The translations under genes were made by a program, and so were the position numbers. The notes beneath the pieces are model-generated. The model was not told the DNA's origin and did no database searches. It saw only the letters and a list, made by a program, of their open reading frames with translations. Below, in pieces: positions 37,841-46,629 of a stretch of DNA of 64,000 bases. This stretch comes from Acidobacteriota bacterium (lineage in GTDB: Bacteria > Acidobacteriota > Terriglobia > Terriglobales > Acidobacteriaceae). The stretch is from the NCBI GenBank assembly GCA_003225215.1, contig QIBC01000002.1:6589-70588 (forward strand), written 5' to 3'. How positions within the stretch are numbered: position 1 is the first letter of the stretch; every line of letters starts with the position of its first letter.

Positions 37841-38817
37841 ACGCGTTCTGGTTATTGTGCGCAACCCTATGCCTGGGCGTGTTTTTCATCAGCAGCGTCG
37901 CTGGCATTCTGCTTGCTAACGCCTCCGCCTGGACAACCTGGCATTTTCGTAGCCAAATTCAATTGCTTGGTTTTCCTGGATTGTTATTCGCGATCCGGGC
38001 GTTTCCACTAGCATTCGGAGCGGCTCTCACCTTAGGTTTTGCGTTGCCGTCATTCCTCTTACTCGAGCCTAAGAGATCAGTAGAGGCGCCAGAACCGTAC
38101 CTGATTCTTTTTGCCGGGCTTGGATTGGCAGGCATTATTGTCATCGCCGCTCGCTACGTCCGCCTGGTTGCGCGGTCGCGGAAGACTATTAAGCAATGGC
38201 TGGGTTCTGCTCAGTTACTCTCGACGTCATGCCCCATCCCGGTATATCAGATTCAAAGCCCGGATTCGCTTATTGCGGTAGCCGGCATTCTTCGTCCGAA
38301 AGTGTTTGTGGGAAGGGCAGCACTGGCCAGCGTGACCCCGGAAGAGTTGAATGCGACAATCGCCCACGAGTTGGCACATGTCCGCTCGCTCGACAACTTC
38401 AAGCAATTGCTATTAAAGATCACCCGGCTGCCTGACTTCTTTGCTTCTCTGTCTAGGCTCGAAGCAGCCTGGTCTGCTGCCACAGAAGTGGTTGCGGACG
38501 CGAACGCGTTGCGAGAAGGAATTTCCCCAATTGAATTGAGTTCCGCGATCGTAAAAGTTGGCCGATTGAAGACCTTTGCAAACGACGGCCTGTCGGTCGC
38601 AGCGTGCCATCTGATTCCACCGGATGGTGGCTCTTCTGCGCTCGCGATGCGGATACAGCGTCTGAGCGATGCATTAGAAATACATCCAGAATCAGCGGCC
38701 CGCGAAACGAGTGCGTGCTGGGCTGTGGTATTGCTAATAGGAGCCGTAGCTTACCTCCTGGTGTTGCCCGCCGCGCTTCCTGTCGTTCATCGATGGATGG
38801 AGTGGTTCGTCCAGTAA
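37837..38817 (+). CDS. BlaR1-like M56 family membrane peptidase / signal transducer
   Basis: ATGA overlap with the repressor gene, four TM segments and HExxH in IAHELAHVRSLDN. Confidence 0.85.
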   Translation: MNAFWLLCATLCLGVFFISSVAGILLANASAWTTWHFRSQIQLLGFPGLLFAIRAFPLAFGAALTLGFALPSFLLLEPKRSVEAPEPYLILFAGLGLAGIIVIAARYVRLVARSRKTIKQWLGSAQLLSTSCPIPVYQIQSPDSLIAVAGILRPKVFVGRAALASVTPEELNATIAHELAHVRSLDNFKQLLLKITRLPDFFASLSRLEAAWSAATEVVADANALREGISPIELSSAIVKVGRLKTFANDGLSVAACHLIPPDGGSSALAMRIQRLSDALEIHPESAARETSACWAVVLLIGAVAYLLVLPAALPVVHRWMEWFVQ

Positions 38818-39033
38818 ACGCATTCCGCCCCCAAGCGTGTAGGCAGTCGAACTCAACGCAGTAACGTCACCTCTATTCTTGTTCCGTACGCTGCTGAAGA
38901 AGTCCGTCTCTTAAACGGCGACTGAGCGGTTCGGACCAAAATAGGAAGTCCTAACAAAAGCCGAAAATTCCGGTCAGTGATTTTTTGCCAAATAGTACTT
39001 CCGTACTACAATGCCGACGAACCCTACTCCGCC

Positions 39034-39846
39034 ATGTCCATTGATGCTGGGAACAAACTCCGCCATCTTCGCGAGGTCCTTGGACTTACGCTGCGCGAGG
39101 TTGAAACCGGAAGCTCAGAGATAGCGGCGCGCCATGGCAATCAGGAATTCTTCATTCCATTCAGCCGGCTCTCGGAGATCGAGACTAAGGGGACGTTACC
39201 TAGCATATACAGGATTTACACGCTCGCGGCAATTTACCAATGCGACTACCGGACCATATGTGACTGGTATGGCGTGAAGCTCGATTCAATTACGGAAGAC
39301 AGTAATGTGACCGAGATTCCCCGGACTCATCGTTTCGGCTCGGTGCCCCGCCCGGACTCGTTGATGTTGCCCGTGGCAGTCGATCCTGGGTTCGATGTAC
39401 GCCGAACCATGAATCTTGCGAGGATGATTCAACAGTGGGGAACTGTTCCCCTGCAGTTCATGCCACGCTTTACACGTGGATCTCACACGTATGCGTTTCT
39501 TGGAACCGAGGACTTCACTATGTATCCGCTGCTAATGCCGGGAACATTCCTGCAAGTGGATGAAAACCGTACTGAGATCGTGAGCGAGGGTTGGCGTTCA
39601 GAATACGAACGGCCGATCTATTTTGTCGAGACGCGGCAGGAGTTCCTTTGCTCGTGGTGCAACATCACGGATTCCCATCAGCTAGTAATTCAGCCTCATC
39701 CGCTCTCTCCGGTCGCCCCACGGGTATTCCGGTACCCTCAGGAGGCGGAAGTGATTGGCCAAGTAGTGGGAGTGGCTATGCGGCTGAATGATTGGAAGCC
39801 CGCTGGTTCTCGTAGATCAGACGCACCGCGAGCGCGATTGAATTAA
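39034..39846 (+). CDS. XRE-family HTH regulator with ~200-aa C-terminal domain of unknown function
   Basis: HTH in LRHLREVLGLTLREVETGSSEIA...FSRLSEIE. The start was chosen at MSIDAGNK. Confidence 0.7.
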   Translation: MSIDAGNKLRHLREVLGLTLREVETGSSEIAARHGNQEFFIPFSRLSEIETKGTLPSIYRIYTLAAIYQCDYRTICDWYGVKLDSITEDSNVTEIPRTHRFGSVPRPDSLMLPVAVDPGFDVRRTMNLARMIQQWGTVPLQFMPRFTRGSHTYAFLGTEDFTMYPLLMPGTFLQVDENRTEIVSEGWRSEYERPIYFVETRQEFLCSWCNITDSHQLVIQPHPLSPVAPRVFRYPQEAEVIGQVVGVAMRLNDWKPAGSRRSDAPRARLN

Positions 39847-40216
39847 AGTGACGGGGCGATCCGCCTTCGCGATTCTCAGGGATCATCCGGTCTCCGCTGG
39901 CTGCGATCTTGCGTGCTAGCTCTGTCGGATCAGTGGCGTCGCCTCTAGTTTCGATCTCCTCCACAAGCTCCCGAATCGGACTGCGCAGCAGGGTTATGTA
40001 AAGTTCGGAGTGTGCTCGCGCCAAAGCAGCCTGGCTGCGTGATTCCCCGTGGACTCGGCTGTGTCCCCAATGGCAGTATTTCCCATCATCGGAGCGAAGC
40101 TCCGCCATGTACAGCAGCTTCGTCCAGAGTCCCGACAGAGAAGACAAGGTACGGGCCCGAAAATCTTCAAAAGGGGAAAGCCGCGCTCCTCCAGTTACAA
40201 GTTCCGAAATCGCCAA
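39776..40216 (-). CDS. hypothetical helical protein
   Basis: A 146-aa ORF with protein-like composition. Its 3' end overlaps the convergent XRE gene by 71 nt, so one of the two ends is doubtful. Confidence 0.4.
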   Translation of the reverse strand: MAISELVTGGARLSPFEDFRARTLSSLSGLWTKLLYMAELRSDDGKYCHWGHSRVHGESRSQAALARAHSELYITLLRSPIRELVEEIETRGDATDPTELARKIAASGDRMIPENREGGSPRHFNSIALAVRLIYENQRASNHSAA

Positions 40217-40290
40217 GGATTCTCAAACCCCGCTAAGGCTCACCGTTCTGAGCACATTCTGCGACGCAAATCCACTCAAGGAGCTGCGTC

Positions 40291-40425
40291 GTGCGAAAAC
40301 TAGTTCAGATTGCTGCCACCATTCTCCTACTTACAGCTACGCTGTCAACCGCTTCTTTTGCCGATGGGAGCGAGCCGCCCCCTTATTGTCCTACCTGTAG
40401 CGTCGGTCCCTCAGCTACGGGCTAG
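40291..40425 (+). CDS. 44-aa small secreted peptide candidate (signal peptide + 20-aa CxxC tail)
   Basis: This ORF is not in the supplied track. AAGGAG at 40278-40283 lies 7 nt upstream of GTG 40291. The product is MRKLVQIAATILLLTATLSTASFA|DGSEPPPYCPTCSVGPSATG. Confidence 0.45.
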   Translation: MRKLVQIAATILLLTATLSTASFADGSEPPPYCPTCSVGPSATG

Positions 40426-40623
40426 CGTTCCGAGAATCTGCTTGGCCAATTTCAATGCCTCGCCGAAGTGCTTTTGATATTCGGTGAACTGTCGGTTCAT
40501 GTCCAGCGACTGATCGGGCGCGAGTTTAGCATGGAAGAGCATGTCACGAACTTTGACCGGATTGGGAAGCAGGGCTTCGTCGTTCAAGTCTTCAAGTGCC
40601 TGGTGCGGATCGGGGACAGACAT
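40411..40623 (-). CDS. hypothetical 70-aa protein
   Basis: An ORF 78 nt downstream of kdsD with a charged helical sequence. I recognised no family. Confidence 0.35.
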   Translation of the reverse strand: MSVPDPHQALEDLNDEALLPNPVKVRDMLFHAKLAPDQSLDMNRQFTEYQKHFGEALKLAKQILGTLARS

Positions 40624-40701
40624 TTGGTTGATCCTCTATCTTCTCGAACCCACTACCCTCTACTGCGGGCAGTGATGATTGTTGCTACCGAGTCGATCTC
40701 G

Positions 40702-41667
40702 TTAGATCGACTCGGTTCCCCAAAGGTCATGCAAATGCACGACCCCCAGGAGCCGCGAATGCTCTTCCACTACCACCAGCGACGTGATCTTGCGCTCTTC
40801 CATCAGGTTCAAGGCCGTCATGGCAAACGTGGAAGCAGGTACAGTAACCGGTGTGCGCGTCATGCACTCGCCGGCCTTCAGGTCCATCGCGTCTTTGCCA
40901 CGGCGTTCCAGAAGTCGCCGCAGATCGCCATCGCTGATCACGCCTAGCAGCCTCCCGTTTTGGGCAACAGTCGTCATGCCCAGCTTCTTGCGTGACATTT
41001 CGTAAATCACTTCATGCATGGACGTCTCGGGAGCAACGCGGGGCAGGGCGTCCCCTGCGTGCATCAGTTCGGATACTCGCATCAACTTCTTGCCAAGCTT
41101 ACCGCCAGGGTGCAATTCGGCGAAGTCTTCTTCCTTGAATCCCCGCTTTTCTGAGAGCGCGACAGCAACAGCGTCACCGAGCGCAAGCATCGCCGTGGTG
41201 CTTGCGGTGGGAGCAAGACCGAGATTGCATCCTTCCCGCGGAACAGAACAATCGAGCGCCACATCCGAAGCCTGTGCCAGCGTTGACTGCAAATCGCAGG
41301 TGAAACAGATAAGGGCGTCGCCGACACGTTTTATTGTGGCCAACAATTTGAGCAACTCTTCAGTCTCTCCGCTGGAAGACAGAGCGATTACAACGTCTCC
41401 TGCGGCGACCATGCCTAAGTCACCATGCAAGGCCTCGGCCGGATGCATAAATAGAGATGGTGTTCCGGTCGAACTCAGAGTCGCCGCAATTTTCTGCGCG
41501 ATGATTCCACTCTTGCCCATTCCAGTGACGACTACTCGGGCAGTGCATCGATAGAGTAGATCGACTGCGCGCTCAAAGCTCGGCTTCATAGGACCGGCCA
41601 GACGCTCTGCCAGCGCAATGAGGGCTTCCGCCTCGATGCGGACTACATTTTCTCCGGTGTGTGGCAT
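40702..41667 (-). CDS. kdsD: KpsF/GutQ-family arabinose-5-phosphate isomerase (SIS + 2 CBS)
   Basis: VVVTGMGKSGIIAQKIAATLSSTGTP, SSSGETEE and a tandem CBS region at the C-terminus. Confidence 0.9.
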   Translation of the reverse strand: MPHTGENVVRIEAEALIALAERLAGPMKPSFERAVDLLYRCTARVVVTGMGKSGIIAQKIAATLSSTGTPSLFMHPAEALHGDLGMVAAGDVVIALSSSGETEELLKLLATIKRVGDALICFTCDLQSTLAQASDVALDCSVPREGCNLGLAPTASTTAMLALGDAVAVALSEKRGFKEEDFAELHPGGKLGKKLMRVSELMHAGDALPRVAPETSMHEVIYEMSRKKLGMTTVAQNGRLLGVISDGDLRRLLERRGKDAMDLKAGECMTRTPVTVPASTFAMTALNLMEERKITSLVVVEEHSRLLGVVHLHDLWGTESI

Positions 41668-41728
41668 GTCGCGTCTCGAATCGTAGCAGACCCATCCGGT
41701 TGCTATCGGAGACTCTTGGAATTATGAC

Positions 41729-42019
41729 TTAAGAATGAACATGAGCTAGCCGCTGAAGGCGACGTATTCGAATGTTCCTCTCCTGCTTACCGGCCTGCGC
41801 AATATCGTAGAACGCTTGCATTCTCATGAGAGTATCCATCTTCACGCCAAAAGCCTTTTCAATGCGTAAAGCCATATTGCCCGTCAAGTCTGTGCGTCCA
41901 TTCAGCAAACTTGACAGAGCCGGTCGGGAAACTTGCAGAGCGAGCGACGCTGCTGTAATCGAGAGTCCTGCCGGCTCTTTGTCATTCCGAGCAACGCGAG
42001 GAATCCCTGCCGAACCCAT
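41729..42019 (-). CDS. higA: HigA-like XRE antitoxin remnant whose 5' end derives from a palindromic repeat
   Basis: GLSITAASLALQVSRPALSSLLNGRTDLTGNMALRIEKAFG...MQAFYDIAQA matches the HigA HTH core. The first ~15 codons (MGSAGIPRVARNDKE) are read from the repeat at 41981-42063. There is no partner toxin ORF. Confidence 0.6.
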   Translation of the reverse strand: MGSAGIPRVARNDKEPAGLSITAASLALQVSRPALSSLLNGRTDLTGNMALRIEKAFGVKMDTLMRMQAFYDIAQAGKQERNIRIRRLQRLAHVHS

Positions 42020-42063
42020 ACATACTCGTGGAAACAGGGATTCCTCGCTTTACTCGGAATGAC
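41981..42063. repeat. 83-bp palindromic (REP/MITE-like) element
   Basis: The arms gtcattccgagcaacgcgaggaatccctg (41981-42009) and cagggattcctcgctttactcggaatgac (42035-42063) are complementary at 27 of 29 positions. Confidence 0.85.
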
Positions 42064-42094
42064 GAGAAGGAAATGAATGACAAAGAAGAACGAT

Positions 42095-43476
42095 TCACTC
42101 CCACTCAATCGTACCTGGCGGTTTCGAAGTAACGTCGTATACGACGCGGTTAATCCCACGAATTTCGTTAACGATCCGGCTCGATATTGTGCGCAATACG
42201 TCGTACGGCAACGGAACCCAATCGGCGGTCATACCATCTTCCGAATGCACAGCTCGTATCGCGCATGTATAGGCGTAAGTGCGGTAATCGCCCATCACCC
42301 CGACCGACATCACCGGCAGCAAGACTGCGAACGATTGCCAGATCTGGTTGTAGAGTCCGGCTGCCTTGATCTCGGACACCACTATCTCATCGGCCTCCTG
42401 GAGCAGCTTCACACGTTCGGGAGTGACTTCGCCAAGGATGCGCACAGCCAGTCCCGGACCGGGAAAAGGCTGGCGCTGCAGAATCTCTTCGGGCATACGG
42501 AGATCGCGGCCGATGCGACGCACTTCGTCTTTGAAAAGATCCTTGAGAGGTTCGATCAGTTTCAGATTCATCCATTGCCGATGATCTTACGTTTCTTCTC
42601 CGGATCGGTGACCCCGGCGAGCTTTGACAGGAATCGATCGCTGGCATCGACGGCCACGAGATTCAATCCCAGCCGGTCGCGAAGGTTGGTTTGCACTTTC
42701 TGGAACTCATCTTTGCGCAAAACGCCGTTGTTGACGAAAACGCAGGTGAGCCGGTCGCCAATGGCGCGGTGAACGAGCACGGCAGCAACGGAGGAGTCCA
42801 CGCCGCCTGAGAGGGCGCAGATTGCGTTGCCATCGCCGACGGTTTTCTCGATAGAGGCCACGGTTTCATCGATAAATCGTTGTGGCGTCCAGTTGGGCTC
42901 AGCATGGCAAATGTCGAAGACGAAATTGCGCAGCAGATCGGTGCCGAGCTTGGTGTGATGAACTTCAGGGTGGAACTGTACCGCCCACGTCTTGCGCTGC
43001 GGATTCTCGATCGCCGCCAGCGCGCTGGAACTCCTGGCCACTACACGAAATCCTGATGGCAGCTCGCGCGCTTCGTCTCCATGAGACATCCAGACAGAGA
43101 GAGATGCCGGCATATTGCGAAAGAGCGACGATTCGCGTTCCAGGACTTCGACCTGCGCATGTCCGTACTCGCGCTTGGGTCCTGGAACTACTTTGCCACC
43201 GAGTTTGTGAGTGATGAAATGCAGTCCATAACAAATGCCCAAAACGGGAAGTCCAAGCGAGAGCACGCGCTCGTCCGCCGGTGGGGCATCGTCGTCGTAC
43301 ACCGAGCATGGCCCCCCGGAAAGAATGATTCCCGCAGGACGGCAGGCTTGAATTTCATTAAGCGGAGCCGTGCAAGGCAGGACCACAGAGAAGACCCGCT
43401 GTTCCCGAATCCGGCGCGCGATAAGCTGCGTGTACTGCGAGCCAAAGTCGAGAATGACGATGGACTGGGGTTCCAT
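42095..43476 (-). pseudogene. guaA: GMP synthase (glutamine-hydrolysing) with internal ~55-codon deletion and frameshift
   Basis: The N-terminal ORF (GATase plus SGGVDSS P-loop) ends ...[12 protein letters not shown]. The next ORF, in another frame, starts [18 protein letters not shown] and runs to ...KPPGTIEWE. The conserved QGT(I/L)YPDVIES...IKSHHNVGGLP block that lies between these points in E. coli GuaA is absent. Confidence 0.85.
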
Positions 43477-43508
43477 GATTGAGTGTCGCAGAACCTGAGG
43501 CTCTATTC

Positions 43509-43674
43509 AACCACGGAGACACGGAGGCACGGAGAAGAGCAAGCGGAAGCGCGATCTCGTTCGACCGACGCAAAGGCAGGCTCGTAATGTTCCTTTCGAG
43601 AAAACGGCTTCGGACATCTCGATATTCACACAGCACTTCGTTGCTTTTCTCCGTGCCTCCGTGTCTCCGTGGTT
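43509..43674. repeat. inverted-repeat element, perfect 28-bp arms
   Basis: aaccacggagacacggaggcacggagaa (43509-43536) is the exact reverse complement of 43647-43674, with a 110-nt spacer. It fills the guaA/permease intergenic region. Confidence 0.9.
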
Positions 43675-44930
43675 AATCGTACCGGAGAGCTTGCACGGGA
43701 TCGAGGCGCGCAGCACGGGCTGCTGGGTAAAGTCCTGCGACCAGGCTCACCACGAGTGAGAAACCTATCGCGCCGAGGACCAGCCAGAGCGGCACTAGCC
43801 ACACGTCGTCTGGCGTGAACTGTTGTTGGCGCTGCATGTAGATGCGCGTGCCGAAATTAATTACGCGCCCGATTGCCCATCCAAGCAGCACGCCGAGTGT
43901 TCCACCGAAGACTCCCATGGCTCCGGCCTCGGCGAAGAAGAGCTTCTGCACGTCGCCATCGCTCGCTCCAATTGCCTTCATGATGCCGATCTCGCGGCGG
44001 CGTTCGAGAATCGACATCACCAGCGTGTTGATGATTCCGAGCGAAGCAACTGCAAGCGCCAGACTGCCGAAGATTCCGAGGAACAAATCGAGTATTGCGA
44101 AAAATTTCCGCAGACTACGGGTCGCGTCGAGGAGGGAGAAAGTGTTGTAGCCAAGCTGCTTGATCTTGTCTTCCACCGGTTCCACTTGGGCAGACCGGCC
44201 CACTCGCACGATCAGCGCCTGGTAGCTGTTTGACACTGGCGCCGAACTCTGAAGCCCCAGAGGCTGCAGCGTCAGTGTCCTTGAGCAAATGGCGAGAGGC
44301 GTAACGAACAACAATATCCTTGCCGATCAGATCTTCGGGCCTGTCGCTCAGGCTTTTGGCTTCGTCGGCTTGCAGAATGACTTCGGCTGCGTCCGGGGCT
44401 GAAAAGTATTTGCCCTTCATGTTGTCGAAGGTCTCGAGTTGCCGCGCAGACATGGGCAGCCCACTGATCAACTGGTACTCGCGCGTTCTGCCGCGTTCTG
44501 CAGAGTCAGCGGGTTCTCCCGACGCAGCTTTCGTTGCGCCTGATTCTTGCGTGGGGGGATCTTGTACGGCGCCGGCAGAGTCCACCTTTAGTTCCGCGGG
44601 AAAGCGAATGTCCGGATAGACCTCCGAGACCTCCGATAGATTCGCCATCTTCTGGCGCGCGGGCTCATCCAGCGGAGGAGGTGGTCCTTTCCTTCGTTCC
44701 ATGCGGCCATTCGGTCCCTGCATGCGTCTGCCGGACGTCACATAGATGCTGTCGAACAGTCCCGACTTTGCCAAACGCGATGCGGCGAGACGTTGCAGTC
44801 CGATGCCGAGCGAAAGCATCGCGACCAGCGAAGCCACTCCGACGGAGATGCCTACAGTGGTGAGCGAATTACGCAGCACCGACTCGCGGAGATTTCGCGT
44901 AGCGAGTTCGACCAGGTCTCCGGTCTTCAT
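43673..44930 (-). pseudogene. MacB/LolE-like FtsX-family ABC permease, frameshifted near 44270-44300
   Basis: The N-terminal ORF has TM1 (LTTVGISVGVASLVAML) plus a periplasmic domain. The C-terminal ORF, in another frame, carries the FtsX domain (ILERRREIGIMKAIGASDGDV...LDPVQALRYD). The two ORFs overlap at 44115-44314. Confidence 0.75.
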
Positions 44931-45640
44931 GCCGGCACCTCGGAGAGATCGTCGACCAGTTTGCCGTCACGCAAGAAGACGAAACGCGATGCATATCGCT
45001 CTGCCAAAGGACGCTCATGCGTAACCATCAACACGGTAGTGCCTTCACCGTGAATGGTGTGAATCAAGTCCATGATTTCGCTTCCCGTGCGGCTGTCCAG
45101 ATTCCCGGTGGGCTCATCCGCCAGCAACAACTGCGGCGAGTTCACCAGCGCCCGCGCCAGGGAGGCTCGCTGCTGCTCGCCTCCGGACAGTTCTGACGGA
45201 CGATGATCAAGGCGATGTCCAAGTCCCACGCGTTCGATCGCCGTGCGGGCTCGAGTCAAGCGCTGCTCGCGCGGCACTTCAGCGAAGCGCATAGGGAGCT
45301 CTACGTTTTCGAGCACCGTCATCGCGGCTACTAGGTTAAATGCCTGGAACACCATGCCCACGGTGCTGCGGCGATAGCGGGCAAGTTCTTCTCGCGACAT
45401 GCGGGCAAGATCCCGTCCGGCTACCGCAACCGATCCCGCTGTTGGAGTGTCGAGCCCTGCGATCAGGTTGAGCAAAGAAGACTTGCCTGAGCCCGAGGTC
45501 CCGAGCAAGGCGACGAACTCCCCGGCAGCGATGGAGAAGCTCACATCGTTTACAGCGCGGATCTCTGATTCTCCCATTCGGTAGTTGCGGGAGAGGTTCT
45601 GCGCCTCGATGTCAGCGCCTTTCCTGGTTTCAGTCGGCAT
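44927..45640 (-). CDS. ABC transporter ATP-binding protein (MacB/LolD-like)
   Basis: Walker A GTSGSGKSS, signature LSGGEQQR, Walker B LLLADEPTGNLD. ATGA overlap with the permease gene. Confidence 0.92.
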   Translation of the reverse strand: MPTETRKGADIEAQNLSRNYRMGESEIRAVNDVSFSIAAGEFVALLGTSGSGKSSLLNLIAGLDTPTAGSVAVAGRDLARMSREELARYRRSTVGMVFQAFNLVAAMTVLENVELPMRFAEVPREQRLTRARTAIERVGLGHRLDHRPSELSGGEQQRASLARALVNSPQLLLADEPTGNLDSRTGSEIMDLIHTIHGEGTTVLMVTHERPLAERYASRFVFLRDGKLVDDLSEVPA

Positions 45641-45680
45641 GTGAATTTATGACTTCCTCAGTGCGTTCCTTATTACACCA

Positions 45681-45836
45681 CCTGGGGTTAACACGAAGGT
45701 CACGAAGGACAACTGAGAGGTCACGAAACTAAATTCGGGATCATTGGCTCGCAACCACGCGGCTATGATTGCCAACCCCTAAAAAGTCGTTTTTGTGACC
45801 TCGTTTTTTCCTTCGTGACCTTCGTGCTAACCCAGG
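45681..45836. repeat. inverted-repeat element of the 'cacgaaggtcacgaagg' family
   Basis: The left arm is cctggggttaacacgaaggtcacgaagga...gaggtcacgaaa. The right arm is tttgtgacctc...tccttcgtgaccttcgtgctaacccagg. The same arm motifs recur at 63298-63418. Confidence 0.8.
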
Positions 45837-46088
45837 TTCCACATATTTAGCAGCGCGAGTCTGCCTGTTGACTTTGTAATTGGAGCGGAATTATTCTCTG
45901 CTTACACGGGAAAGGAGGGCGATCCAACATATATGAACAATTCTGATGGTAGTAGTAGATCACGTGAGGTGGCTGAGGCTTAGGGCGTTCAGCTCTAAAG
46001 ACCTGGCGAACTCCGCTACACATTGGGAGGTTTGCAGAGGCCATTCGCATAGAGTGACCGCCTCAAGCCAATCTCAACAGCTTACCGG

Positions 46089-46131
46089 CGACCCGCTGCG
46101 GTGAATAACCCGCGCGGGTCGTGTCGTTTTT
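46089..46131 (+). terminator. orphan intrinsic-terminator-like hairpin inside a long non-coding region
   Basis: cgacccgc...gcgggtcg forms an 8-bp stem, extendable with a bulge, and is followed by tgtcgttttt. No plus-strand gene lies upstream of it. Confidence 0.35.
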
Positions 46132-46629
46132 GGGCCATTCTGAGTCCTCTCTAACTTGCTGATTCCAACCAGTCCAAGTACACGCAAGTAACCTAGTGAG
46201 TTCTCCCCGCTTTCCTCCAAGATCAATTGTCCCGCTCCGACAACACACGATACGGCGCGGCAAACCTCTTCGTATTCAGCGATTTGCACGCACACGCTCT
46301 CGGCTTACCTCGAGCGTCGTGCCGCTAAGTCCTTTACCACCAACGTGGACATTACCAATGGCCACCCGCTGGTTACATTGACCGTATGTTAAGACGGCCT
46401 CATGATCAACCCATCGCACCCGAAGTACATGGACCTTTCGGAACCTTCGCTGGTACCAAAATGGGAAAATGAGGGTGCGAGAAGTCAGGCTGGCAGCGAT
46501 GCGAAAAAAAAGATTTCCACCGCTGGCGTCAGACTGTGAATTTGGCTCGAGAAACTGAAAGTTTTTTCCCCTAAATCCACGCGATGAAGGTTGAGTGGCA
46601 ACAGGGGCTCTAAGAGGAGAAAAGAAATT

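Noticed and set aside
39776-39846. The 71-nt convergent overlap between the XRE-family gene and the 146-aa ORF as a deliberate antisense arrangement.
   Set aside because: I cannot distinguish this from a mis-called end of one of the two ORFs, and I see no supporting structure.
42077-42772. The 231-aa plus-strand ORF antisense to guaA.
   Set aside because: It is a shadow ORF of the guaA C-terminal fragment, with no motifs and an implausible composition.
43479-43716. Short ORFs translating NHGDTEARR / LFSVPPCLRG on both strands.
   Set aside because: They are simply the two arms of the perfect 28-bp inverted repeat read as protein.
43509-45836. The possibility that the repeated cacggag / cacgaagg units form a CRISPR array.
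   Set aside because: The repeats are inverted, not direct. There are only two arms per element, there is no regular repeat-spacer periodicity, and there are no cas genes.
45847-46381. Short ORFs (61-73 aa) on both strands in the long non-coding region.
   Set aside because: They have no RBS, overlap one another, and have odd composition. At most they are remnants of a decayed gene, as noted in the findings.
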